Of a stretch of DNA of 64,000 bases, positions 12,600 through 23,182 are shown piece by piece. Position 1 is the stretch's first letter, and every line of letters begins with the position of its first letter. The DNA comes from Craspedostauros australis. Taxonomy: Eukaryota. Under the pieces are notes generated by a model, which saw only the letters and a list, made by a program, of their open reading frames with translations, had not been told where the DNA came from and searched no databases. The translations under genes and the position numbers were made by a program. The stretch is from assembly GCA_030167865.1 (NCBI GenBank), contig JALAGF010004075.1, forward strand, positions 1-64,000, written 5' to 3'.

Positions 12600-13344
12600 G
12601 TGGAAGTGGTGAGTTTATGAAATAAACTAGTGTTGTACGCGTATGGTATTGTGATACAAAAGAAGTGGACGTGGGTTGTTGCGCCATCGGTTTGATGGGT
12701 TCGGTTTCATTGGCTGGTTGGTCCATTCGTTCGTTGGTTGTGGCGGGCTTCATTTGTTCTTCTTCTGTTGTTGATTTCTTTGGTTGATGGCATTTTTTGG
12801 TTTGTTGATGTGACGTCACTTTACGCTTCATTCATGATGATGCCAACAGACGTTCTCTGTTCTGTCTCGAGAGGACAGTCACAGCTCCATACACTATGGC
12901 ATCAGTTCTGCACTCATTGCGACACCATAACGCCATGGGCACTCGTACTGGTACACACCGTTTGATCATGTGTTGCTTGTTGTTTTCTATCTATGTTTTG
13001 GTTGGTTAGTTGGTTGTTGGTTGAGAATTGGTCTGTTGCAGGTACGTCGGGAAGAGATGGTGCACAGTGAAGAGCATGGCAGACCAGAAGAAGGATTGGA
13101 TCGAATCTGTTGCTCGTGCACTCGGAATTGGCCACATGACAGTGCCGACGAACACCATCCAGATGTGCTGTTGGCATTGCTGCTGCTCTTGTTTTCAAGA
13201 CAGTTTCTTGTTCGATTGAATTGCAGGGGACTGCATGTTGGTGTGGAGCGACTTGCAACTGCGCCAATTATAATCTGATTCAAGATGACGACCACAGCGC
13301 GGGTACAGTATTGTGACCCCAGCCGCGTGCATGAGACCACCGTT

Positions 13345-14633
13345 TCAATCCTGATGCAATCGGACCTCCGGCTGGCCCAGACGGTAGTCCATGTCGCCGC
13401 ACATCCATTTGAGGACGGTCGGCGGTTCCATGACGCGTCGCATCTTCCAACCCCGGACGTCGGCGATGACTGGGAAAACGAACTCGAAGAAGTAGTAGAC
13501 GTGGCCGACGCAAATGCCGATGATGTCCATCATGATTGGATTTCCCAGCATGATGGAGAAGGTGAGCATGACCCATGGGAGGTAGGGCGCGTTGAACTGG
13601 AAGAAACCGAGCATGGACATTTTGATATCGGGGTTCCGTCTGCCCCAAACGTAGACCATCATGAAGGTCAGTGCGCTGCCCAGGAAGTGCACATGGGTGT
13701 AGACGGCGACCACGCTGATGCACGAAATGCCAAACATCAGCATCAACACGTAGTTCGATGTTCTTCCCCGAAAATCCCCCTCTTCCAGCAGCCGGCTGTA
13801 TCTGACCTGCGGATGTGGAAATGAAAGAGTAAATGAAAGAGCAAAGCCGAGTATGGTGCAGACATTTGAATGCGTTTGCAATTGAATGGGAGATGCAGCA
13901 TGATTGGAAGCAGATGAAGTTTGGTGAGCGTGAGCTGCAAACTTGCAATGTCGAGTTGCATTCTGGCAAAACATGACCTGAAGCTCTGGATGAAAAAAGG
14001 CACTGTGAACGATCCTCTTGACTTACCAAGAAGTACATGTGGAACAAGAAATCGATGGAGAAGACTCCAAAGAAGAGGTAGGATGTTATCAGCCTCCAAA
14101 ATTGACCTTGGACGATGACGAGATCCCAATTGAAGTACAGATTGAATGGGCTGATTATATCCACGGCGCATGCAGCTGTGGTGAGGAAGGCACCCGTCAA
14201 GTAGAGCCTCGAGATGACTGGAATCTCCATGTACCTGTGATGCCGTTGGGATCATCGCATGTTTTGTTTGTTTTTATTCGAGAAGGAGGGGGGGGGGGCG
14301 CAATTTCAATCAAATGAGATGAGGTGGAGCAACGAGAAGTATTGGTATTGGCATTGGCATCGAGATGTGAAGTGAGATGACTGAGAGATGAAGGAATGAC
14401 GATTGGGGAATGACTGGTGATGACAATGCCCGGCGGGTCAGAGTAACTCATCCGCGCAGCCCATCCATCCATCCTTCCATTCAATCCACAAACTGCTCCC
14501 GCTGTTGCATATGTCCACGTCCAACTAAGATGTTCTGCTGCGATACGACTCACCATCCCATGACATCAACTGCCCCACCATTGTCGAGACCGCCAATGCC
14601 TCCGTTCCCACCGACAGGACCTGCGAAGTTCAT
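13345..14633 (-). CDS. Derlin (Der1 family ERAD membrane protein); exons 14633..14554, 14234..14027, 13806..13345
   Basis: IPVISRLYLT, GQFWRLITSYLFFG, YSRLLEEGDF, YVWGRRNP, APYLPW and GHVYYF motifs. Both GT-AG introns keep the frame (MGW-YMEIP; MYFL-VRYS). Confidence 0.94.
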
Positions 14634-15702
14634 GCTTGTGCCGTTGTATAATATGTATGCAGTGTTTGTTTGTTTGTTTGTTTGTTTGGAGTGCGTTGCT
14701 TGTTCGAGTTGCTGGTTGCTCCGTTTCAAAATATCCGCGCCGGAGAGAAGAAGGGATGATCTTCCTTGTTCTTGTTCTTGTTCTCTTTCTCTCTCGTGGA
14801 AGTGGACAGGAAGCGCGGAAGGTTGCTGCGCTTCAGCTCGTACTCGTTGCCTTGATCTTCGTTGTGGATTGGCTCTCAGCTCGGAGAGGCTGACAATCTT
14901 GGTTGCTCTCTCAGGTGGAGCGGAGCAGGAAGGTCGGACAGCGATACCGTTCGCTTCGACGAGGATGCTTGCGTGTGCAGATGCTTTGGAGCTGGGGAGG
15001 GTGGATGCAAAGAGCAACGTGATGTGATGGATGTCTTGCTTGCTTGCTTGGCAGAGAAGAAATGCAAGGATCGCTGTGCCGAATGCCACGACACAGTTGA
15101 GCGGTGTTCTTCGTCTTCTTGTCTCCTGGTTTGTTCGTGTCAACGCTCATCGTGTTTCGCTGTGCTGTGCCGTGTTGTGTTTCGCAAGGCTCTTTCGTTC
15201 TGGTTGCGTGTGTCACAAGTGAGGTTTCGTGAGAGAGAGAAGTTCTTCGCGCTGACCGTTCACGGGAATCAACACGTGAATGGAATCGAACTTCTTTGTA
15301 CGTCTGTTTGCGATTGTGTTTGCGTTTGTTGTTCTTGACTGTTTGAGTGATTGTCTGTCTGTTTGATTGGTTTCGTTTCTTTGATCGTTTCTCCTCTTCA
15401 TTCGTGCCAAAATCGAAAACTGCTTGCGCAGCAACAAACACGCCAAAAAAGAGAAAACAGGAAAATCGTGATGTTCGCCTCTGCCTCCTTCGCTGCCTCT
15501 TCTTGTGTGTTCCCCTTCCTCTGCGGCACTCATCCAGGCTGCTCACCAGAGTTGGAAGAAGGAAGGCCCTCGTCCTCGTGCCTCTGCTATGCACTCCGTC
15601 CCTTTCTCTCATTAACTGATTCACTGAACAAACAAATTGATCAAGAGATATTATACGATAGAAAGCAACAAGACCAACAGCAACAGTATCAGCACCAACA
15701 AG

Positions 15703-16286
15703 ATGGATCCCTGCCCTGAAATCCCCCTCACTCCCGACAAGGCCGGCAACGAGCTCGCCATCTTTGCTCTCGGATGATTTTGGCAGTAAGTCGTTCCCTT
15801 GCGTCGGTGTTGCTGCTGTATCACGATGGCTCGTCCCTCACTCACATGCGTTCCTGCATCGCCTCTCTCGTTTTGGCACGATACACCAAATCCAGCCCGC
15901 AACTCCGATTCGAAAAGATGAAGGGAGTTGCGAGGTGCACGGTGGGATATTCTGGTGGCAAGACCCTGGATCCGACCTACCGATCCATCCAAGATCACAC
16001 CGAAGCGTGCTTGGTGGAGTTCGATCCCAAAGTGTTGCCGTACGAGGACCTCGTTCTGAGCTGGTCCCGCATGCACAGCCCAGGCCGCGAGACGAAGTGC
16101 CAGTACCGTTCCGCGGTGTGGTATGTCAACGAAGATCAGAAGGAGATCGCAGACGAAGTGGTGGAAGGATGGCAGGCATCCACGCGCAGCAAGCTGCACA
16201 CGAGCGTGGAGGAGGCAACTCGGTTTTACCGAGCGGAGGAGTATCACCAGTACTTCATGACCAAGAGGTCGTCAGGGCGCTACTAA
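15703..16286 (+). CDS. msrA: Peptide methionine sulfoxide reductase MsrA, selenocysteine form; exons 15703..15785, 15896..16286; in-frame TGA at 15775..15777
   Basis: Exon 1 reads MDPCPEIPLTPDKAGNELAIFALG-(TGA)-FW. Intron 15786..15895 (GTAAG...TCCAG). Exon 2 has VGYSGG, PTY, DHTEA, QYRSA and FYRAEEYHQ, all MsrA motifs. The TGA sits exactly at the catalytic Cys of GCFW. Confidence 0.92.
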
Positions 16287-16330
16287 TGGAGGGAGGTCAT
16301 GATCATGTTGCCAGTGGGTTGGCATGAATG

Positions 16331-16419
16331 TGCGGTTATGGTACCTTCAGTATCTGATCCATGCTTCAAAGTATGGAATGTATGGATGATTGCGTCCGCG
16401 AGGGTGGGGTGCAGCCGCG
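16331..16419 (+). promoter_or_regulatory. Candidate SECIS element in the msrA 3' UTR
   Basis: Hand-folded structure: lower stem UACCUUC(16342-48)/GAGGGUG(16400-06), core UGAU(16355-58)/UGAU(16387-90), upper stem CCAUGC-UUC/GAA-u-GUAUGG, apical loop starting AAA(16368-70). The 5' core is CUGA rather than AUGA and one bulged A is needed. Confidence 0.5.
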
Positions 16420-16830
16420 TTGAGACTGACATGGTGCTGCTGCGATCGATGGCATGGACCCGATGCAATGATTGAATGACGGAAGTTGTTTTTCGAGATC
16501 ACTGACTCAATTTCCGATCAGTATCCGAATGACATCCTGACAAAGTCATTGCTTGGACCAACTGCCACAAAAAGGAAGCAGGAGTAGCATGTAATGCATA
16601 GTAGCAGCGGTTTGGTTGAAAAAGTAGCACCACGTTGACACGTCAACACAGCGACGCGTCTGTCTCGTTCCGTGGTCAAACCATCAAGTTGCAAACCCGA
16701 TGACTGCCGCATCATCCATACAAGTGTTCCTCCTGCACTTGTATTCCTGGTCTCACGGTATTCACCGATGCGAGTATCCACGCAACCGCGCCATCGTGCC
16801 ATGCCATTATGGCATATGTGTCCATATCTG

Positions 16831-16855
16831 CACATCACATCACATCACATCACAT
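16831..16855. repeat. (CACAT)n pentanucleotide repeat at the parvulin stop codon
   Basis: cacatcacatcacatcacatcacat seen directly. Confidence 0.8.
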
Positions 16856-17527
16856 GAGGTTGGTGATGAGCTCCGCCAGAATCCCCCCGGCCAGGAAGAC
16901 GAAGAGCCAGTACCCAACTTGACCAATGAAAAAGCCGGCACCTACCTGCCCCACCTGCTGCGACGGCACCAACGTGCCGAACACATCCCCATCGCTCGTT
17001 TGGACCAGCTTGGTCTCACCTCCATCCAATTTGGGACAGTTCATCCTCTCGCTGACCAAGATGAGATGGCAACCGTACTCCGATTCGAACGGCCCCTCCA
17101 TCTGCCCCAACGGCACTTCGAAGCACGCCCGATCCAGCACCTGGCTGCGGCAGTAACCCTGCGGCACGAGCTCTCCCAGCAAACCACCGCGAAAGTTGGT
17201 GGTATCGTCCTTGGAATAGCGCTTGGCCGCATCTTGAAAGACGTCCACAATGAATCGATTTTGCTCGGCGCATTGATCGCGGATCTTGCGCTTGAGCGCC
17301 ACGGCGGCGTCATCGGAATTGGGCGGCAGCAGGATGTGATGCGCCGTGACGCGCCGTGTCAAGGCCAGCAGGTCCTTCTCCACTCTCTTGAGAGGATTGT
17401 TGAGAAAGGCGTTGGAAGTTGCCGGGAGCAGCGCCGTGATGATCATCATGAGGTAGACCATCATTTGCGATGGACGCAACGTGAAAGGACGTCGGCAATT
17501 CACGAGGATGGTCTGAGTGTGTGTCAT
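16850..17527 (-). CDS. Parvulin (PpiC)-type peptidyl-prolyl isomerase, probably plastid-targeted, with a C-terminal TM helix
   Basis: VTAHHILL, AAKRYSKD, RGGLLGE and GPFESEYGCHLILV motifs. Signal peptide ends in SNA/F. Hydrophobic C-terminus. The true start could be a downstream Met (MMVYL). Confidence 0.88.
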   Translation of the reverse strand: MTHTQTILVNCRRPFTLRPSQMMVYLMMIITALLPATSNAFLNNPLKRVEKDLLALTRRVTAHHILLPPNSDDAAVALKRKIRDQCAEQNRFIVDVFQDAAKRYSKDDTTNFRGGLLGELVPQGYCRSQVLDRACFEVPLGQMEGPFESEYGCHLILVSERMNCPKLDGGETKLVQTSDGDVFGTLVPSQQVGQVGAGFFIGQVGYWLFVFLAGGILAELITNLM

Positions 17528-18897
17528 GGTGCAAAGTAGGCTACTCTGGATCAGATGTGATGGATCTGATGGCTCTTCGTGTCAGCGATGGAACGAGACG
17601 ACACCAGACTATGAGAACGTCGAAGATTGAATCCGCAGAATGGCGGAACTCCCACACGTAGTCGTACACCAATCAACCACCAACTGGGAAGAAGCGAAGA
17701 TCTTGTGCACCCACGGTGATGACCTTCGATGCTGTTATCAACCAACGACGATGCCGCATGCGGACATCAACAACTTGGTGATGTTGCGTTGTCTGCGGCA
17801 CACTCCAACAAGAAAAGGATTCCGTTTGCGCGCGTGTTGTTGTTGTGCACAAGCCAACCACGCGTGGAGAAATGGCGAAGGAAAGTCGCCATTGAATCAC
17901 TTGTGATCGTGGTGGTCGAACGGGGAGAATCCTTGCGCGACGGTTGAATGACCGACGTCAGATCCGACGACATCGCTTCGCCTCTTTGGTTGGACAACGC
18001 GTTGCGCGGCGTCGAGCAATGCCTCGACACGACACACCAACACGCTGTGCGCGGCCGTTGCGTCGTGTTGTTTTGGCTCGTCTCTGTGTCTTTGTGTGTG
18101 GTTGTGTGGTTGTGGTTGTTCGCGTAGTTCGTCACAACAGCGTCGTTGTTTTGTCATCAGCGCGCTGCTTTGGTGCAACCTGGCAGAGAGCAACTCCAAC
18201 CACCTGGCTCCTCTCCGTCTGGCAAAAAGGACCAGCATCTTGCTCATCCAAGAGAGATACGGCAACCAAGGCAAGCACACAGACCGATAGACCAGCACAG
18301 CAACGAAGAACTCTGCTTGGAAGGTTCAGAGAGGATCGATCCACGTGCACTCAACCTCGAAGTCTTGCATGGAGTAGGACAACCTCATTGAGACGCACCA
18401 CAGGCAAGACTCCAGCGCTTTGCTCCGCTCCGTTTGCAAGTGCACCACGAGCAATCTCCCAAGCAATCCCCCAACGGCGCTCGTGACTGGAGACAAAGAT
18501 TTCATTCGGTTCTGCTTCCGACAACCAAAGACGACGCCACCGTCATCGCTCTGTCTCTCCTTTGGGCATCAGCGTTGCACTGCATTCCATTGCATTGCCT
18601 CTGGCGTTGAAGTGCAATCCCCAAACGGAGCCTTGAACAGTGAACGACGAGAGAGCTTGGCACTTGCGGCGCCATCATCATCAGCAGCAAGAACAGTAAC
18701 AGCAACAGCAACAGTAACAGCTCCAACCGCACTGGAACTGTGACCCCCACCACAACGCCAGTCATAACAACAACCATCTGAGGACGCCAAATTGATCCAA
18801 GTCGGCAGACCAAGAACAACAAACAACAGCAGGCAGAGCAGCAGCAGCACCACCACCACCACCACCCCCAACAAAAGCAACAACAACAACAGGCACC

Positions 18898-21541
18898 ATG
18901 GCGGACGAAGCTAGAGCCCAGCGCCAGAGGGCGTTGGCGGAAAAGCGTGAGCGTCTCCGGCAGATGAGAGAACGCCGAGAGCAACGCGAGCAGACCGCGA
19001 GGGACCCATCAACGACCACGTCCAGACCACTGTCCACGAACATCGAAGAGTACATCGATGGGCTGCTGCGGACCCCCGCTGCTGCTGCGCCGGCGGAGGC
19101 TGGCTTCGGCAACACCGCTGTGGAAGCCACGGCCGCCGCAGTCACCCCATCCATGCCGACTGCCACAACCAGAGACACCATGAATGGCACCGCGTCAAAC
19201 TCCGCCACTCCCAACAACGTCATCGCGGAGGCTGCTCCGGCGCCGCATCCCGCGCCCGCGAAGCAGGTCGAGACCTTCGAAGCCGGAACCCAGACGATCG
19301 AGGACGACTTCCCACCGTCATCGGAGGCCGACGACGACGACCTTGTTGCCACCCAGTCCGATGACGAGCTCCTTCTGTCTGCGGATCATGTCGAACCCTC
19401 CAACGGACCGATCGCAGGAGAGACCGAAGTCACCGAGGCCAAAATTCTTACCGCGGAGGAGATGGAGAGGGAGGTCACGTCTCAGACCTTCGCCTCTTTC
19501 CTCAACACGGCGTCCAAAAAGGTCGAGCGAGTTCTGGGAAGTCCTGTGCTGGCCGATCTGCTGTACGATGTGTTGGGCGACGCCGATTCCAAACGTTCCG
19601 ACACCAAAGCCTCCGACGGCAGCAAATTCCTTTCGTCCCGCCAAATTTACGAATGTCCCAAGTGGACCGCCACGCGAGACGTCACCGATGTGGACTGGTC
19701 GCCGCTGCACCGCGAGCTCATGCTAACGAGTTACCACATGCCATCCTCATCGGCGAGCCTCGGTCAACCGGTGGGAGCTTCGGCCGTCAAGGCCGTTTCC
19801 GCCGACACGCCCTCCTCCTCGCTGGCACCGCGCAGCGGCGAGCTGCTTTCCGACGGCCTTGCATTGATATGGAGTCTGGCCATGCCGAATCGACCGGAGC
19901 ACATCTTCACATGCGGCAGCCCCGTCATGTCCGCCAAGTTCCATCCGACGGAATCGCCGCTCGTCATTGGAGGATGTCAAAGCGGTCAGGTCGTCGTGTG
20001 GGACGTGCGAGCTGGTCGTATGCCAGTCCAAAAGTCCAGCCTCACGACGACCGCCAGCGGAGGCAAGGGACACACGCATCCAATCTGTTCCATGGAATAC
20101 CTGGAAGGTGGTGTAAGTGCATGATCGATCGCGATGCCATTCAAATGAAATTGAGACGACGTGGTTCTGCCTTGTCTGCTTTTCATCTGGGGGTGCATTG
20201 CGTATGTGTTACGATGTCCCGCATTGAGTTCCGTTGCCTTGCCCTGCCTTGGAGGAATATCGCTAACTCTCAATTCATTCCCTCATTTATTGAATTCATC
20301 GTGTTGTGCTGTGCCATCTGACGACGGTGATTGCGGTGGCGATTGTCGTTACGATGGGGCAACCTCCAATGCCTCCACATGGCGTCTCGCATCTCTGACC
20401 ACGACTTCAAAACAAATACAAACATAAATATGAACACAGGCCGGACTCGTGACTGGTGCATCCGATGGAAGAGTCAACTTCTGGTCGTTGGCCAATCTGC
20501 GCGACCCTGCCGAATCTCTCCAGGTGGGAACCAGCCTGTCGTGCCTTGCCGTGTCACCAGAAAGCGAGACGTTGGTTTGCGGTGACGAAACAGGTGCGCT
20601 GTACACAATCCAATCATCGCAAACATCCCTCGGCGGCGGCGGAGGTCAGCGTTCCCGACGACAAGTACGAAAGATCAACGCAGGTGCGGATGCGCACTTC
20701 GGAATGATCACCTCCATTTGTACAAAGACGCAGAAGGCTGCTGGAAGAGCCGGAATATCGAAGGGATTCCTGCGTGGTGCCGGTGGCCTTTTCCTCACCG
20801 CCGGTGTGGATTGGACAGTCAAGCTGTGGTCCCCGGCCTACACAGACAAACCGTTGCTGAGTCTTGTCAGCCATTCGTATGACTACATGAGCGATGCTCA
20901 ATGGTACGTTCTTCATTGTTGAGCTTTTCTTGTCCCACCTTGAACCGTACTGCACTGGAATTGATTTGATTTGACTTGAGTTGAGTTGAGCTCGAATTGG
21001 ATTGGATTGGATTGTCGGTGTTTGGCATCATTTGCGTTTTATCGCAGCTGAATGCGTGTGCCTCAATGCCAACTCCAAAAGCAACGACAGACCTCTCACA
21101 CGTTGATCTCTCCATTTCTTTGCCTCGACAAACATTCACAAATCATGGAATCAATCCAAACCATGGCATTCTTCACAAATCGTTTGAATGAAATGTCATC
21201 AAATCGTTATCATCATATCGAATGGAATCAACAGGAGTCCCGCCCATCCATCTCTGTGTGCAACCGCTTCAAGCAACGGAACGATTTGTTTATGGAATTT
21301 TGCAAGCAGCTTCGAAGAACCGATCACCGGGTTTGATGGAATCGTTGTGGAACCTGATGGCGGATCGGGTCGTGGTCTGAACAAGTTGAAATGGTCGCAG
21401 GACGGCAGACGTATGATTGTTGCCTCCGCGGACCGAGTCCATGTGCTGTCTCTCGCGGAAGATGTCGTGCGACAGAAAGGAGATGAATCGGAGAAGATCA
21501 TGTCCCACTTCCAGGCTCGCGCACTGCTTGACAACGAATAA
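18898..21541 (+). CDS. Cytoplasmic dynein intermediate chain (WD40); exons 18898..20112, 20440..20903, 21235..21541
   Basis: N-terminal coiled coil (LAEKRERLRQMRERR), light-chain-binding TFEAGTQT, then RDVTDVDWSP, DGLALIWSL, GQVVVWD, GHTHPI, DWTVKLW and WSPAHPSL. Both introns are GT-AG and frame-consistent. Confidence 0.9.
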
Positions 21542-22281
21542 ACTCATTGACGCCAAACGTACACACAGAAGAAAGAGAGCAACAACGACGGCCCACCACG
21601 AGGATGCACTCATGCGAGCACACACAGACGGCATCAAAGAAGAAGACCAAGAAGAAATGGAGGAGACAAGGCGACCTTGGCAATTGGTTGCGGATTGACT
21701 GTACCTGAGATGATACGCGTTTGTTGCGAGGCAACCGCACAGCAACAACGCAACGCAACGCATCAACTCCGATTGCATCACCTCACGAGATTCATTTTCA
21801 TCCATCGTCAAGCCACATTACAGCCAACATGGTCGCCCATCCCCTTCACATCATCAACAACAGTAAGCAGAGCATCTGTCTATTCTCAACACATAGTATC
21901 ATGGATAATCATCAGCACACGTCTGCGTTGCTGTTGCCATGCAGAATACAATGAATGTCTGCGTAGGTGGGCAAAGAGTATTGGATGCATTATGCGTGGG
22001 TGCGTGTCGCTTGTGCCCTGCTTGTACTCGTGCACACCAATTGGCACATGTTCGTCATTCTGAAGCGCTTGCACCACAGCCTCGAAGAGCGTACGCATAC
22101 AATTACTCTGCGCAAAGTAAGTATTATACTATGTGTAGAATACTATCTCTATTCTATTGGTGTTGTTGGCATCGGTGTTGTATTCCTTGAGGACTGGCAC
22201 TCGTCTTCTCCCGACGTTCGGCTATATTCCATCACACGGTGCTTGCTTGCTGCCTGCCTGCCTTCCTACCGTCCTAACAAA

Positions 22282-22707
22282 TCAAAATCGAACCATGTTC
22301 TCTTCATACTCCGCCACAAGCTCAGCCGCGCGATTCTCGTATTTGGACAGCACCGCGGCCGGATCCCCTTCGATCGGCGCTGCTGCATTGTTCGACACCG
22401 TGCCATCCTCGTTCGTCGTCGGCGCTTCCAACCGCGTCGACAGGAAGAACGGCACATCCTGCGCGTTGGCCGTGGCCTGCTTGGGGTTGTAGACGAAATG
22501 CTCCAGCACATCGTCGATGCTCTTGTCCATGTTGCTGGACTGGTTCAGGGCCGCGTTGAGACGTCCCAGCATCGTCGGCCAATCTTCGCCGCGCGAGTCG
22601 CGAATCACGGCATCCCACTCGTTCAGGTTCTTGCGCAATATCGTGGCCTGGCGCGTGAAGGCCGTCTGTTGCTGGTTGTTGCGTCGGCGCGTGAAGTTGT
22701 TGTTCAT
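22282..22707 (-). CDS. Probable Mediator subunit 8-like protein
   Basis: 141-aa helical ORF with the DWPTMLGRL...HFVYNP..VPFFLSTRL pattern reminiscent of MED8 N-terminal regions (from recall). Confidence 0.6.
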   Translation of the reverse strand: MNNNFTRRRNNQQQTAFTRQATILRKNLNEWDAVIRDSRGEDWPTMLGRLNAALNQSSNMDKSIDDVLEHFVYNPKQATANAQDVPFFLSTRLEAPTTNEDGTVSNNAAAPIEGDPAAVLSKYENRAAELVAEYEENMVRF

Positions 22708-23182
22708 GGTTGCCTACTTCGTTGTGTTGGCGTGTTTGCTTGGTGTGTTTGATTTGGCGTATTGAGTCGGTTGGGATTGAACAGGAGTGTTGCAAGTGAG
22801 CGTCGTGAGCGGGTGCTGGTTGTCTTGCTTGGGGTTGATCTTGTGTGTTTCTGTCGAAGATCGTGTATAGGTAGCTCTTCCATAATTACAGACAAGAAAT
22901 TGGAGATGTCTGTGATTCGCACATTGTCGATTTGGAATCGATCAGAGAATTCGATGGAAACGACAAAGTAATTTTTCAGTAACAGTAGAAAGTTGTTGAT
23001 CTCCATTCCCCAGCAAACCAGATTGATTCTCCTTCGCGCCATGATCTCATCACTCCCCCCTCTGTGCACAAGGAGAATGTTCATTCAACGGCAGAAGAAC
23101 AAGCAGCTGCCAAGAATAGCAACATTCAGAGTCTAAAAATCTGAAGTGACTGAAACTGCAACTGCAACCACAAAGAGAGACC

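Noticed and set aside
13345-14633. SELMA (symbiont-derived) Derlin
   Set aside because: No signal peptide or bipartite leader; the short Gly-rich N-terminus fits host ERAD Derlin.
15775-15777. msrA as a pseudogene with a premature stop
   Set aside because: The only lesion is a TGA exactly at the catalytic Cys. Splice sites and all other motifs are intact and a SECIS-like fold follows, so Sec recoding is more parsimonious.
16462-16525. Second SECIS-like hairpin (AUGAC...CGAU)
   Set aside because: It has an AUGA/GA core, but the upper-stem register is off by one and there is no AA in the apical position. Weaker than the 16331-16419 candidate, though not excluded.
17560-18890. Extra gene or transposon between the parvulin and dynein genes
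   Set aside because: Only short stop-interrupted ORFs and CAA/CAG-rich leader sequence; no transposase or RT motifs and no terminal repeats seen.
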